Below are positions 46,813-56,756 of a DNA stretch of 64,000 bases, in pieces; within the stretch, counting starts at the first letter, position 1, and the number at the start of each line of letters is the position of its first letter. Source of the stretch: an uncultured Pseudomonadota bacterium (lineage in GTDB: Bacteria > Oederibacteriota > Muellerivitia > Muellerivitales > Muellerivitaceae); the NCBI GenBank assembly GCA_963836235.1, contig CAWIIP010000002.1, forward strand, positions 544,001-608,000. Direction: 5' to 3'. The notes below the pieces were generated by a model. The model was not told the DNA's origin, did no database searches, and worked only from the letters and a program-made list of their open reading frames with translations. The position numbers and the translations under genes were made by a program.

Positions 46813-48132
46813 ATGATCGATAACAAATTCCAAAAAAAATTGTTTCATTTGACCAGTGTTCTGACTACCTGGTTCCCCCGAGGTGGAGCCTGGTTTTTCG
46901 ATCACACCATCCCGCCTATCCTGGGTAACAAGCTCCTAGTGAGTCACATCTTTCGGAAAAACTTTAAGACTGTCCAAAATGTTTCTCAGTTCAAGAAAAT
47001 CCTCGTCATCCCGGATATTCACATCGGCGACGCGGTTATGATGCAGGGGGCGGTCCAGGCTTTCCGGGACTTTTTCCCCGAAGCCCGAATCGATTACGTC
47101 ATTAAAAAATCCGTGGCTTCTCTTATTGATGGCAACCCGGCCATTTCGAATCTTTATCCTCTTTTTACCGGCACAGTCTTTCCCAACGGAAATGACGTGG
47201 ATAGTATTAAAAAATTAGTAGTCGAAAACCGGTACGACCTTTGTTTCAATTGTTCACCTTTCTTTGAGGATAACCGGCTTTTCCCTAAAGGGCAGAAGAT
47301 TCTCAATTTCATGACCGGCGCCCCCCAATTGGCGCGAAACGATATCGACCATGTGAGCATAAACCATTTTCTTTTTCAGTCTTATATGTTTGTGGAAAAG
47401 CTCCTTAGAAAAAATTCAGGCATCTACCCCTCGAAGGTTTTTCCAGGTGTTCCGGTCACTCTGTCAGACGAGGCCTTTCAACAGGCAAGGGACTTTCTGA
47501 TGGTAAAAGATGCCTCGAGCAATAAGCCAATTGTTTTTTTAAATCCGGATACAGCTTCTCCCTACACTCTCATTCCTTTCGAGTACCAAGCTCTCTTGCT
47601 CAAAAAAATGGTTGAAATGGATGTACGGGTGCTTTTAGGGACCGCTTTCACCCACAAGGATATTGAAAAAAGGCTTTTGGAAACTCTATCGGAAGACGAG
47701 AAAAAGAAGGTGCTGATCATTCCATCCACATTACCCATTGACGCTTACGCCGCCTTGGTGGATTTCGCGCAGGTTTTCATTTCAGGTGATACAGGTCCCC
47801 TGCATATTGCCGCAGCCCGAAAATTCTCAAAAACGGGCTGGGTAAAATTTCGGAACAAAACTTTTGTGATTTCAATTTTCGGAGCCACCCCGGCCCGTAT
47901 GTCAGGATATGATTCCATAAACCCCCTTTTCCCGCCCGCCAATCAAAACGTACTGTCACGAACCTACGTCTCGGAAAGCCCATGTCGCAATATTACTTGT
48001 GTAAATAAGATGGCTAAGACCTGCGAAAAGGTGAGGTGTTTTGAGGTGCTGGACTTGGAGAGCATCGTCAAGGACATTAAACTGCACTTAGAAAATAACA
48101 CTAGTTTTAAAACAACAGCCCCTTCCGAATAG
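46813..48132 (+). CDS. Glycosyltransferase family 9 (heptosyltransferase-like)
   Basis: 'HIGDAVM', 'ISGDTGPLHIAAA', 'SIFGATP', C-terminal Cys cluster. Confidence 0.9.
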   Translation: MIDNKFQKKLFHLTSVLTTWFPRGGAWFFDHTIPPILGNKLLVSHIFRKNFKTVQNVSQFKKILVIPDIHIGDAVMMQGAVQAFRDFFPEARIDYVIKKSVASLIDGNPAISNLYPLFTGTVFPNGNDVDSIKKLVVENRYDLCFNCSPFFEDNRLFPKGQKILNFMTGAPQLARNDIDHVSINHFLFQSYMFVEKLLRKNSGIYPSKVFPGVPVTLSDEAFQQARDFLMVKDASSNKPIVFLNPDTASPYTLIPFEYQALLLKKMVEMDVRVLLGTAFTHKDIEKRLLETLSEDEKKKVLIIPSTLPIDAYAALVDFAQVFISGDTGPLHIAAARKFSKTGWVKFRNKTFVISIFGATPARMSGYDSINPLFPPANQNVLSRTYVSESPCRNITCVNKMAKTCEKVRCFEVLDLESIVKDIKLHLENNTSFKTTAPSE

Positions 48133-48134
48133 TC

Positions 48135-49034
48135 TTATTTCGTTACGTATTTTTCCATATTTTCAAACTTGTCAAAGGGTTTTTTATCGGTTGAGAACCG
48201 GCCTCTGTTCTTCAAAATATTTATTTCCTCGTTGGTCGGTTGGACCAAATAAGTCGAAGGAGTGAAGTAATCAAAACCGACTCCCTGCTTCCTCAATTTT
48301 TTAATGTTAGTTTCCATCAACTTTAATGAAATGGGCGCGGAAGAGGCCATGCGGTAAGTCCATCCCATTCCAAAGCAGGGCATATCCACCCGGGCCGTAA
48401 GGATATTGGGAAAAACCGAATGAAAAGTTTTATAGATGGTGGCGAAAGACTCGGGAAAAAGATAGTAATTGTCCGTATGAATGGCGATGAGGCCTTTTCG
48501 GTTCAGGCGCTGCTTACATAACCTATAGAACTCCTGCGTATAAAGCATCTTGGAAGGTCCGTGGGGTTCGGTGAGATCAATAATGAGGACATCAAAGTTT
48601 TCAGAATTGTCCTCCAACCATTTGCGAGCGTCCTTATAAATAATCTCAACTCGCTTATCCTTCAGGCATTTCTCAATGACCGGATAATGCTTGCGGCAGA
48701 AGTCTACGACCCCTTTGTCGATTTCCAGCATCAGGATGCGCTTTAAGCTTTTGAACTTGATAGCCTCTTCGATAGCAAAACAATCCCCTCCGCCAACAAT
48801 ACAAATGTTCTCGGGATTTTTATGAGCCAAAAGGGGGGCCGAAACAAGGTATTGGTGGTAACGATTCTCATCGCCATGGCTAATCTGTATTTTACCGTCC
48901 AAATAAAGCATGGTTCCAAAAGTATCGTCCTTGAATATTTCCATCGTCTGGTAGGGAGTCTTTCCCTTGTAAAGGGAACGGCCCTTATAAACATGTCCAA
49001 AGGTATTGGTCGTCCACTCGGTTTTAACAGGCAT
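48135..49034 (-). CDS. speE: Polyamine aminopropyltransferase (spermidine synthase family)
   Basis: 'KTPYQ', 'LYLDGKIQ', 'VGGGD', 'LEIDKGVVD', 'FDVLIIDLTEP', 'LYTQEFY'. Confidence 0.9.
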   Translation of the reverse strand: MPVKTEWTTNTFGHVYKGRSLYKGKTPYQTMEIFKDDTFGTMLYLDGKIQISHGDENRYHQYLVSAPLLAHKNPENICIVGGGDCFAIEEAIKFKSLKRILMLEIDKGVVDFCRKHYPVIEKCLKDKRVEIIYKDARKWLEDNSENFDVLIIDLTEPHGPSKMLYTQEFYRLCKQRLNRKGLIAIHTDNYYLFPESFATIYKTFHSVFPNILTARVDMPCFGMGWTYRMASSAPISLKLMETNIKKLRKQGVGFDYFTPSTYLVQPTNEEINILKNRGRFSTDKKPFDKFENMEKYVTK

Positions 49035-49138
49035 GGTTAAATCTCCTAGGGGAGTTAAAGAATGGGGGGATTATAGCTGAAATAGAAAAACCTTCCCGGA
49101 AATTAAGGGAATGTTTTAAAACCAGCAAGGCCTAATTA

Positions 49139-49558
49139 TTATTGGTTATACGTGTAATAGGTCTGAATATAAACTGGGGTCCCAATAGGTTGAAGCTCAG
49201 ACTCGACAGGCCTCATGGGAATATCCAGAGATCCTGATTTTAAATCGGTGTAAACTTTTACCAATTTAGGGTTATGAGGATTAATCTTCAAACTTTGCTC
49301 AAAAGCTTTCAAGGCGGATTCTTTTTCCCTTAACTCAAAATAACAATATCCCACCATTTGGTAAGACTGCCAGAAAGACCAATTTTCATCGATGGCCAAC
49401 TGAAACCGCACCAATGCGGCTTCATAACGGCCCTGCCCATATAAATAGAGCCCTTTTTTATAGTCACCCTCAGGAGTAACTTTAGAATCAGCCCATAAGA
49501 GAACAGGGATCAGAAACACCACGCTCATCAACATAAATAAAGCTTTAGATTTCTTCAT
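49139..49558 (-). CDS. Secreted TPR-repeat protein
   Basis: Signal peptide ending LWA; two TPR-like helix pairs ending 'SLKINP'. Confidence 0.8.
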   Translation of the reverse strand: MKKSKALFMLMSVVFLIPVLLWADSKVTPEGDYKKGLYLYGQGRYEAALVRFQLAIDENWSFWQSYQMVGYCYFELREKESALKAFEQSLKINPHNPKLVKVYTDLKSGSLDIPMRPVESELQPIGTPVYIQTYYTYNQ

Positions 49559-49832
49559 TGGAAAAAGACTTCACCCTCCACTAAATTTCATGAACTTATT
49601 GCGAGAACCAGTTTTTAATAATTCCAGAGTTTTTCAAAGCATTCTTCAATGATACTCTTCCACCAACCATTTTGAAACCAGCTATTTTTTTAGAAAAAGG
49701 CTTATTTCACTTCATCTTTAACCTTTAGACGGTCTTAGAGCGATTTAATCCGAACTTTAATTTATATAATTGGCCTACGTCTTAAAAACACAATTAAAGA
49801 TCGAAGAAGACCTATTGACCATCAGTGGATTT

Positions 49833-50228
49833 TCAGGAAGTTTTTGAAGATTTTCCGAAGGTCGCTTGAATTGTTGAATGCATGCCACCTCGGGTAGCAA
49901 ACTGACCCGTCACCCGGCACCATTTAGGCTTGGAAGCGGCCACAAAATCCCGCAACATTCGATTGACCGCATTCTCGTAGAAAATACCTATATTGCGGTA
50001 AGCCAAAATATAACCCTTAAGAGATTTAAGTTCCAAAACATGTTCCACGGGTTCATATTCGAGGATAATGGTTCCAAAATCCGGCAACCCCGTCTTGGGA
50101 CATACGGCCGTATATTCCGGAATTTCGATGCGGATGGTATAACCTGAAAACTGGTTAGAAAAAGTTTCAATACTTGGAAGCTTGATAGTCAACCCTGATT
50201 TGGCGTGACTCTCGTTATACTCTTTCAT
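49833..50228 (-). CDS. queF: NADPH-dependent 7-cyano-7-deazaguanine (preQ0) reductase, short type
   Basis: 'EYTAVCPKTGLPDFG', 'ELKSLK', 'GIFYE', 'RGG'. Confidence 0.95.
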   Translation of the reverse strand: MKEYNESHAKSGLTIKLPSIETFSNQFSGYTIRIEIPEYTAVCPKTGLPDFGTIILEYEPVEHVLELKSLKGYILAYRNIGIFYENAVNRMLRDFVAASKPKWCRVTGQFATRGGMHSTIQATFGKSSKTS

Positions 50229-50671
50229 TTTTTAATTTTCCCTTTTTTATTTCTAACCGGTTTAGCTCTGGATTTTTCAGCCTTGACCAGACGGCCCGAT
50301 TCCGGGTGGGCCAAATGATCGGTGAACCCCACCACATTTCCCCAAGGATCTGCCACTTCCACCAATAACCCCGTGGGAAGCTTCATAGGTTCTCGGACCA
50401 AATCTATCCCCCGTGCTTTTAAGACTTCCAACGACCTTTGGGTATCGGGAACCTCCACCCAAAAACGGGCCCGCTCTGGAACGAGCGATTGGGTCGGAAT
50501 GTCCTCTTTTTTCAGGACTAATCCTGGAAGTTCGAACCCCACGGCCATAACGCAGATATCCAACGCATCCAAGCGGAATTTGACTAAAAAACCCAATTTT
50601 TCATAAAAGGTTACAGCCCGATTCAAATCCCCAACGGTGAAGATAACATTGTCGATTCCTAAGATATTCAT
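50225..50671 (-). CDS. VOC/glyoxalase-family protein
   Basis: 'IDNVIFTVGDLNRAVTFYEKLG', 'ADPWGNVVGF'; basic C-terminal tail. Confidence 0.88.
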   Translation of the reverse strand: MNILGIDNVIFTVGDLNRAVTFYEKLGFLVKFRLDALDICVMAVGFELPGLVLKKEDIPTQSLVPERARFWVEVPDTQRSLEVLKARGIDLVREPMKLPTGLLVEVADPWGNVVGFTDHLAHPESGRLVKAEKSRAKPVRNKKGKIKK

Positions 50672-50840
50672 GAAAACCTTAGCGGGTTATTTAAAAAGTC
50701 CAAAGAACGGACTTTTTCCCATTTATGAACGAGTCACGAATTATAAAAATCTTCGTTTTAGTGGTAAGTTCCATCCTATGGCTGCCAGCAGGATTCTGAA
50801 AAATATTTTTAAAGAATCCTTTTGGGGTCGTTAGCTGATC

Positions 50841-51917
50841 CTAATTGACCAAATTATAAAAAGTGTCCCGTTGGTGGGGTTCGTAACCCATTTCACGGAT
50901 CAATCGTTGCATTTCTTCCAGACTCATCAAATACCGAAGTCCAGTAGAAGCCACGACGTTTTCTTCGAGCATGATACTGCCCAAATCGTTAGCACCATAC
51001 TTGAGGCCTAACTGACCGATCTTCTTGCCCGGGGTAACCCAGGAAGCCTGCAGGTTCGGTAAAGTATGGTTCAGGATAATCCGCGACAGGGCCAGAGTTT
51101 TTAGGTATTCCTGTCCACTAGCGCTCTTTAAACCCAAACTCTCGTTACCCGGCTGGTATAGCCAGGGAATGAACCCTAGAAAACCACCGGTTTCTTCCTG
51201 CAGTTCCCGAATAAGAAAAATATGTTCAATACGCTCTTCGATGGTCTCCACGTGGCCAAACATCATCGTAGCGGTGGAACGCATACCAAGGGAATGCACG
51301 TCCCTCATAACACCCAGCCATTCCGACGTAGTGGCTTTCAATGGGGCGATTTCCTTGCGAACCCGATCCGAGAGAATTTCAGCTCCTCCACCCGGCATGG
51401 AATCCATACCGGCTTCCCTGAATTTTTTCAGGATTTCAATTACCGGCATGCCGAAAAGTCCGGAAAAGTGGACCAATTCGGGTGGCGAAAAGGAATGAAG
51501 TGTGATATCCGGGTGGGCCTGTTTGACTTTGGAAAGAGTGTTCAAATACCAATCAAGTGTCAAATCCGGATGATGCCCACCTTGCAAAAGAATCTGCGTG
51601 CATCCCTTTTGCTTGGCCTCGGTGATCTTGTGGATGATCTTTTCCGCCTCGTTGACATAGCCTTCTTTGGTATCTCCCGGCTCCCGGTAAAAAGCGCAGA
51701 ACTTGCAATAGGTCACGCAAACATTGGTGTAATTGATATTACGGTCAATCAGGTAAGTGGCGGTCTTATCGCCTTTAGAGCGAACCTTGAGCGTGTCCGC
51801 AATGGCACCCAGTTCATTCAAGCTGGAGCCTTGGAAAAGCTCCAGGGCTTCCTGACGGTTCACCACGTATCCGTCGAGTACCTTTTCTTGAAAAGTTTCA
51901 ATCATCGCACTTGTCAT
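50841..51917 (-). CDS. mqnC: Cyclic dehypoxanthine futalosine synthase (radical SAM)
   Basis: 'DRNINYTNVCVTYCKFCAFYR', 'LLQGGHHP', 'QASWVT', 'DLGSIMLEENVV'. Confidence 0.95.
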   Translation of the reverse strand: MTSAMIETFQEKVLDGYVVNRQEALELFQGSSLNELGAIADTLKVRSKGDKTATYLIDRNINYTNVCVTYCKFCAFYREPGDTKEGYVNEAEKIIHKITEAKQKGCTQILLQGGHHPDLTLDWYLNTLSKVKQAHPDITLHSFSPPELVHFSGLFGMPVIEILKKFREAGMDSMPGGGAEILSDRVRKEIAPLKATTSEWLGVMRDVHSLGMRSTATMMFGHVETIEERIEHIFLIRELQEETGGFLGFIPWLYQPGNESLGLKSASGQEYLKTLALSRIILNHTLPNLQASWVTPGKKIGQLGLKYGANDLGSIMLEENVVASTGLRYLMSLEEMQRLIREMGYEPHQRDTFYNLVN

Positions 51918-52840
51918 TAAAGAATCAATCCTTCTTCTTTTAATAGCTTCTCAAACTCGATTTGCCCCTGCACTTCGACAGCGGTGTATCTATAGTCGAT
52001 GTTTTTTTCCAGATAATCCTTGGCCTGGGGCTTGTGGAAAACCCAAATTCCCTTGTAATGGTCAACAATTTCCTGGAAGTGCTTCAATCCTTCCGTCTTA
52101 CAAGCCAGGAGGTCCATTTCAATCTCACGGGCCACAGCCACGTTACGGGCCATCCATACCGCGAAAACAAAAGGTTTCTGGGTTCGAATTTGCCATTCTT
52201 CCCCTAAATCCATCACTTCCATGCCGGTGGGGGCTGATTCCAGGGCGATATCCCCGAATTGAAGGGTTGCTTCCCAGGGTTTGGTTTGGCTGGGCTTAAA
52301 GGTTTCCATGTCGACGCTCTTCACTTCCAAGTTCTTGACCCCATACCATTTTTTAAGGATAAGGCGTGCCAACAAAACGGAAGTTTGGGAACGGGAATCG
52401 GCGAAGAGTTTGGTGACTGTTTGCCAAGGAGCATTGCCAAGAAGCCGCACGCTTTTGACCGGGCCTTTGGAGCCGATAGCGGCCACGGGGACTATCTGGA
52501 GCTCGGGATTCAAAAATTTCACCGCAATAGGGGCCAACGCCACGTCCAAACGGCCCTCTTTCAGCAACCCACCCATCTCATTGGGCGCTACCGGGAACAA
52601 TTGATGGTGATTTTTCATGTCCCAAACGAGAGGCTGGGCATTGAGGAATGGAACAACCCCGATTTTCATGGGCTTGGCGATGAACTTGACCGGTTGGGCG
52701 GGAGCGGGAGCCGGAGGAGCTACTGTAGCCGCCGCGACAGGAGCTGCGGTTGGCGCTGGTGAAACGGCCGCAACTGAAGCAGGAGTCGGTTTCGGCGCTG
52801 GAGCTGGTACGGCAGGACTAGCGGCTGGCGTTTCGCTCAT
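51917..52840 (-). CDS. mqnA: Chorismate dehydratase, with Pro/Ala-rich N-terminal extension
   Basis: 'PFLNAQPL', 'GPVKSV', 'SQTSVLL', 'GDIAL', 'DLGEEW', 'PFVFAVW'; lies between mqnE and mqnC. Confidence 0.92.
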   Translation of the reverse strand: MSETPAASPAVPAPAPKPTPASVAAVSPAPTAAPVAAATVAPPAPAPAQPVKFIAKPMKIGVVPFLNAQPLVWDMKNHHQLFPVAPNEMGGLLKEGRLDVALAPIAVKFLNPELQIVPVAAIGSKGPVKSVRLLGNAPWQTVTKLFADSRSQTSVLLARLILKKWYGVKNLEVKSVDMETFKPSQTKPWEATLQFGDIALESAPTGMEVMDLGEEWQIRTQKPFVFAVWMARNVAVAREIEMDLLACKTEGLKHFQEIVDHYKGIWVFHKPQAKDYLEKNIDYRYTAVEVQGQIEFEKLLKEEGLIL

Positions 52841-52869
52841 AATAAGGTTTCCTCTTTAGTTTATTAAAT

Positions 52870-53994
52870 TTACTTTGAAAGTATCGATTCCGGAATCGAC
52901 TTCAATTCTTTATACAGCGTGTCCCGTTCCACTGGCGTACGGCCCGCTTCCTGGATAATCCGCCTCAATTCCTGAACCGTCATGATCTCTGGCGTTTCGG
53001 CACCGGCCATATGATAAATCTTTTCCTCGATCACCGTACCATCAATGTCATCGACCCCATAATTGAGCGAAAGCTGGGCCAGCCGGATGCCCAACATGAT
53101 CCAATAGGCCTTGATATGCGGGTAGTTATCCAGGTAAATCCTGCCAATAGCCAAGGTTTTCAGATCTTCCATACCGCTGGGCCTGGCGAAATGGTCCATG
53201 GCCGTGTGGTCTGGGTGGAAAGCCAGTGGAATAAAGGTTTGGAACCCCCCGGTTTCGTCCTGCAGTTCTCTCAAACGTCGCATATGGTCTACGCGGTGCT
53301 CGTATTTCTCGATATGACCATAAAGCATGGTGGCGTTGGTTTTTAGTCCCAACCGATGGGCGGTACGATGGACTTCAAGCCATTGATCGGCGGTAGCCTT
53401 ACCGGGACAAATTTGGTCTCGTACATCCGGATGGAAGATTTCAGCCCCCCCTCCCGGCATGGAATCAAGCCCCGCAGCCTTCAACCGGGTTAAGATTTCT
53501 TCATGCGTCATGTTGTACTTATCGGCAAAAAAGTTGATCTCCACTCCCGTGAAACACTTCAAGTGGACCGAAGGGACTGTTTGCTTTAAAAGCCGAAGCA
53601 TTTGCTCGTACCATTCAAAATCATAGGTGGGGTGGAGACCACCGACGATGTGAAGCTCGGTGATATGTTCCCGTTCAAAGGCTTCCTTGGCCTTTTGAGC
53701 GATCTGCTGGTGGGTAAACTCAAAGGCCCCCTCTTCCCCCTCGAAACGCGAAAAAGCGCAAAACTTACAGGTGGTAGCGCAGACATTGGTGTAATCGATG
53801 TGGCGGTTGATGTTGTAGTAGGTATCGTTACCGTTCTTTTTCTCGCGTACCAAGTTAGCCATGGCGCCTAGGACATAAAGATCATTCGTATTGTAGAGAC
53901 GAAGGGCATCTTCTTCCGTGATCCGGATGCCTTTTTCCACTTTCTCGTAAATATCTTTAATGGGCGATTGTGCTAAGAGCGTTTTTAAAGCCAA
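52870..53994 (-). CDS. mqnE: Aminofutalosine synthase (radical SAM)
   Basis: 'TNVCATTCKFCAF', 'ELHIVGGLHP', 'HIKAYWIMLG', 'DGTVIEEKIYHMAG'. TTG start at 53994 with SD AGGAG. Confidence 0.95.
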   Translation of the reverse strand: MALKTLLAQSPIKDIYEKVEKGIRITEEDALRLYNTNDLYVLGAMANLVREKKNGNDTYYNINRHIDYTNVCATTCKFCAFSRFEGEEGAFEFTHQQIAQKAKEAFEREHITELHIVGGLHPTYDFEWYEQMLRLLKQTVPSVHLKCFTGVEINFFADKYNMTHEEILTRLKAAGLDSMPGGGAEIFHPDVRDQICPGKATADQWLEVHRTAHRLGLKTNATMLYGHIEKYEHRVDHMRRLRELQDETGGFQTFIPLAFHPDHTAMDHFARPSGMEDLKTLAIGRIYLDNYPHIKAYWIMLGIRLAQLSLNYGVDDIDGTVIEEKIYHMAGAETPEIMTVQELRRIIQEAGRTPVERDTLYKELKSIPESILSK

Positions 53995-54854
53995 ACGGCG
54001 ACTCCTACGACGGCAAAATAAAGGACCGATATCCAACCATTCATTTTCATCATAGCCGGGGAAAGGGTGAAGCGGGTCTTGTTCCCGCTGGTTTCCAATT
54101 TATAAGCTTTCTGGTGCTGATAGAGCAAAACCGCCCCGATCACACCAATACCCGCGTAGTAAAAGGGGGGAAAACCTACTTGAATCCCGAAACCAGCGAG
54201 AAATCCTAACATACAGGCATGGAAGAATCGAGAGGCTTTGAGGCTGTTGGGCAGGCCCCAGCGAACAACCCAGGATTGCAGGCCCTCCTTTTTGTCAAAA
54301 GCCTCATCCTGCGTGGCGTACAAAATATCAAACCCCGCCAGGAAACATATGACGGCCATCATCAACCAGAAAGGTTCGGGAGCGAAGGCGTTCTTCGCGG
54401 CGATCCAAGCCCCCACTGGGGCCACTCCCAAGGCCAATCCCAGGAACAGGTGGGAAGTCCAGGTAAACCGCTTGGTGTGGGAATAAAAGAAGACGATGGC
54501 CAAAGCCACCGGGGACAATTTAAAAGCCAAGGGATTCAGCATGTAGGAAGCCCCCACAAAACCAAGACTGGAAACAACAATCAAGATTCCCACTTGCCAA
54601 GGTTGAATGCGTCCAGCGGGGATATCCCTTTTTTGGGTTCGAGGGTTTTTAGCGTCCACATCCGTGTCCACTAAACGGTTGTAAGCCATGGCTGCGGTCC
54701 GGGCCAAAACCATGCAAACAATCACCCAGAAAAGAACGCGCAAGGGGGGCTTTCCGCCGGTGGCCGTCAGCAGGCTCGCCAACGCGAAAGGCAGGGCGAA
54801 TACCGAATGGGGTAGGACGACAAGATTGGATATGGTTTTTAATTTTTCGAGCAT
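53985..54854 (-). CDS. ubiA: UbiA-family prenyltransferase (MqnP type)
   Basis: 'HSVFALPFA', 'ARTAAMAYNRLVD..VDAKNPRT', 'YSHTKRFT', 'GFDILYATQD'. Confidence 0.93.
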   Translation of the reverse strand: MLEKLKTISNLVVLPHSVFALPFALASLLTATGGKPPLRVLFWVIVCMVLARTAAMAYNRLVDTDVDAKNPRTQKRDIPAGRIQPWQVGILIVVSSLGFVGASYMLNPLAFKLSPVALAIVFFYSHTKRFTWTSHLFLGLALGVAPVGAWIAAKNAFAPEPFWLMMAVICFLAGFDILYATQDEAFDKKEGLQSWVVRWGLPNSLKASRFFHACMLGFLAGFGIQVGFPPFYYAGIGVIGAVLLYQHQKAYKLETSGNKTRFTLSPAMMKMNGWISVLYFAVVGVAVWL

Positions 54855-54858
54855 TTTT

Positions 54859-55440
54859 CTAACGTTCGAGATGTTTTTCTTTGTCGCCGACCTCTTCCAT
54901 ACGCCAACGCTTGGAAACCTCGGCTTGGATGCCAGCATGATCATAAACCCGGGCAATCACCGTATCCACCAAGTCCTCAATCGTCTGGGGATTGCCATAA
55001 AAGCTGGGGGTAGCTGGAATAATGTGCGCACCAGCCAAGGTAAGAAGTTCCATGTTTTTAATCTGGATAAGGGAAAGAGGTGTTTCCCGGGGAACCAGGA
55101 TCAACTTGCGGCGTTCCTTTAAAAAGACTTCCCCAGAACGGGTGATGAGGTTATCCGCGATCCCGTGAGCCAGCTTGCCCAAGGTGGTCGTCGAACAAGG
55201 AATAACAACCATGGCTTCGAACTTGTTGGAACCGCTGGCGGAAGGGGCGGTTAAATCCTTCTCGTCCCATTCTTTCACGTGCGGTGGGAGGTTAAGCCCA
55301 CCTTCATAGGAAGCCACGATCCGGGCGGATCGAGAAACGACGGCATGCACTTCCCAATCATCATAGGGAAAATGCTGGAAAAACCTCCGAGCGTAAATCG
55401 TCCCCGAAGCGCCCGTTATGGCGGTCAGTATCTTTTTCAT
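54859..55440 (-). CDS. ubiX: Flavin prenyltransferase
   Basis: 'ITGASG', 'ASGS', 'PCS', 'LKERRKLILVPRETP', 'PSFY'. Confidence 0.95.
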   Translation of the reverse strand: MKKILTAITGASGTIYARRFFQHFPYDDWEVHAVVSRSARIVASYEGGLNLPPHVKEWDEKDLTAPSASGSNKFEAMVVIPCSTTTLGKLAHGIADNLITRSGEVFLKERRKLILVPRETPLSLIQIKNMELLTLAGAHIIPATPSFYGNPQTIEDLVDTVIARVYDHAGIQAEVSKRWRMEEVGDKEKHLER

Positions 55441-55447
55441 CCATTCC

Positions 55448-56137
55448 CTACTTTCGGATTCCCATCACGCTTACGGCCACTCCCATGGTTTGACTTTCAG
55501 AGGAAACATCTTTAAAGCCACAATTTTCCATTAGTTTTTTGAATTCGCTAAACGAAACAAAGTTTTTAGCCGATTTCTGGAGATAGTCATAGGCTTCCTT
55601 ATTGTTCGAAACGGCGGCGCCCCGCATGGGTACGATGGTACCCACATAAAAAGCGTGGGCCAGTCGGGTCAAAAACCCGGTTGGCTTGAAAAACTCCAGG
55701 ATGACGGCTCTTCCGCCGGGCTTCAAAACACGGGCAATTTCCCTCAATCCGGATTCCAATGAATCCAAGTTCCGAACGCCAAATCCACAGACCACCGCGT
55801 CAAATGCCATATCATGGAACGGTAGCCTTAGGGCATCGGCCTCCAAAAACTCAAAACCCTGCATAATCCCGGCTTTTTCTTTCGCTAACCTAAGCATGGG
55901 CTTGGTGAAATCCGCCATTATCACCTTGGCCATGGGCAGCTGTTCCTTGACCGCCAAGGCAAAATCCCCCGTCCCCGCGCAAAGGTCCAGGACCACCTTT
56001 GGCTCGAATCCATCCTTCAACATCTGCTTAACAGAGTCCTTGCGCCATTGGATGTCTTTATTGAAAGACAAGAGGTGGTTGGCTTTGTCATAGGTTGGCG
56101 CGATATCGGCGAACATGGATTGAATCTTTTCACTCAT
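55448..56137 (-). CDS. menG: Demethylmenaquinone methyltransferase (UbiE/MenG)
   Basis: 'MFADIAPTYDKANHLLS', 'LDLCAGTGD', 'FGVRN', 'RVLKPGG..ILEF'. Confidence 0.93.
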   Translation of the reverse strand: MSEKIQSMFADIAPTYDKANHLLSFNKDIQWRKDSVKQMLKDGFEPKVVLDLCAGTGDFALAVKEQLPMAKVIMADFTKPMLRLAKEKAGIMQGFEFLEADALRLPFHDMAFDAVVCGFGVRNLDSLESGLREIARVLKPGGRAVILEFFKPTGFLTRLAHAFYVGTIVPMRGAAVSNNKEAYDYLQKSAKNFVSFSEFKKLMENCGFKDVSSESQTMGVAVSVMGIRK

Positions 56138-56207
56138 GAAAATAGTTCCTTAGAAGCTTCGATTGAGCTCAAGCAGAACAGCATTTATAACCAATTTTTA
56201 GCCAAAT

Positions 56208-56244
56208 AAAAAGGCCCATGCTTTCAACGGGAAAACAGGGGCCT
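56208..56244 (-). terminator. Intrinsic terminator of the rhodanese gene
   Basis: AGGCCCCTG...CATGGGCCT imperfect stem followed by a T-tract on the minus strand. Confidence 0.65.
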
Positions 56245-56261
56245 ATAAGAAGAATGAAAAA

Positions 56262-56615
56262 CTAATCGAGGACAGCCGCCTCTTCGGACATACTGCCTTC
56301 CACCGGATAGCCCGATTCCATCCAGGACTGAACGCCACCCGGAAAATCTTCCGCGTTAAATCCATTTTCCTTCAAAATTTTGGCGGCTTCCGACCCTTCT
56401 GGGCCGTTGATGTTGGCGCAATAAGTGATGAAAAACTTGTCACGCCCGTAATTGTCCTCAACGACCTTTACGAAAGCTTGGTTGTCGTTTCCCAAAGGAA
56501 CATTGAACGAACCCTTGATATGGAGTTTTTCGAAATCCCCTTCCGGCAAGACGTTTAAAACCACCACATCCTCTTCTTTCATTTCTTGGAACACATCTTC
56601 CTTACTCATCCCCAT
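56262..56615 (-). CDS. Single-domain rhodanese-like protein
   Basis: 'LNVLP..F...HIKGSFNVP', active-site 'TYCA', 'GGVQSW...GYPVE'; SD AGGAGG. Confidence 0.9.
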   Translation of the reverse strand: MGMSKEDVFQEMKEEDVVVLNVLPEGDFEKLHIKGSFNVPLGNDNQAFVKVVEDNYGRDKFFITYCANINGPEGSEAAKILKENGFNAEDFPGGVQSWMESGYPVEGSMSEEAAVLD

Positions 56616-56756
56616 ACAACACCTCCTTGAGCGCTGAACTTATGATTTAAGTTTAAGAGCACAATGGGAGAAGTCAGGATAATGTCATCGAAAATCCAGG
56701 TAACATCGGGGGAAGCGATTCAAAGGCCAGCAATCCATAAAATTCGGGAAAGAGGA

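Noticed and set aside
50841-53994. Two CofH-like radical SAM genes as F420 biosynthesis or a novel RiPP system
   Set aside because: Diagnostic motifs and the flanking mqnA, ubiA, ubiX and ubiD genes identify them as MqnC and MqnE.
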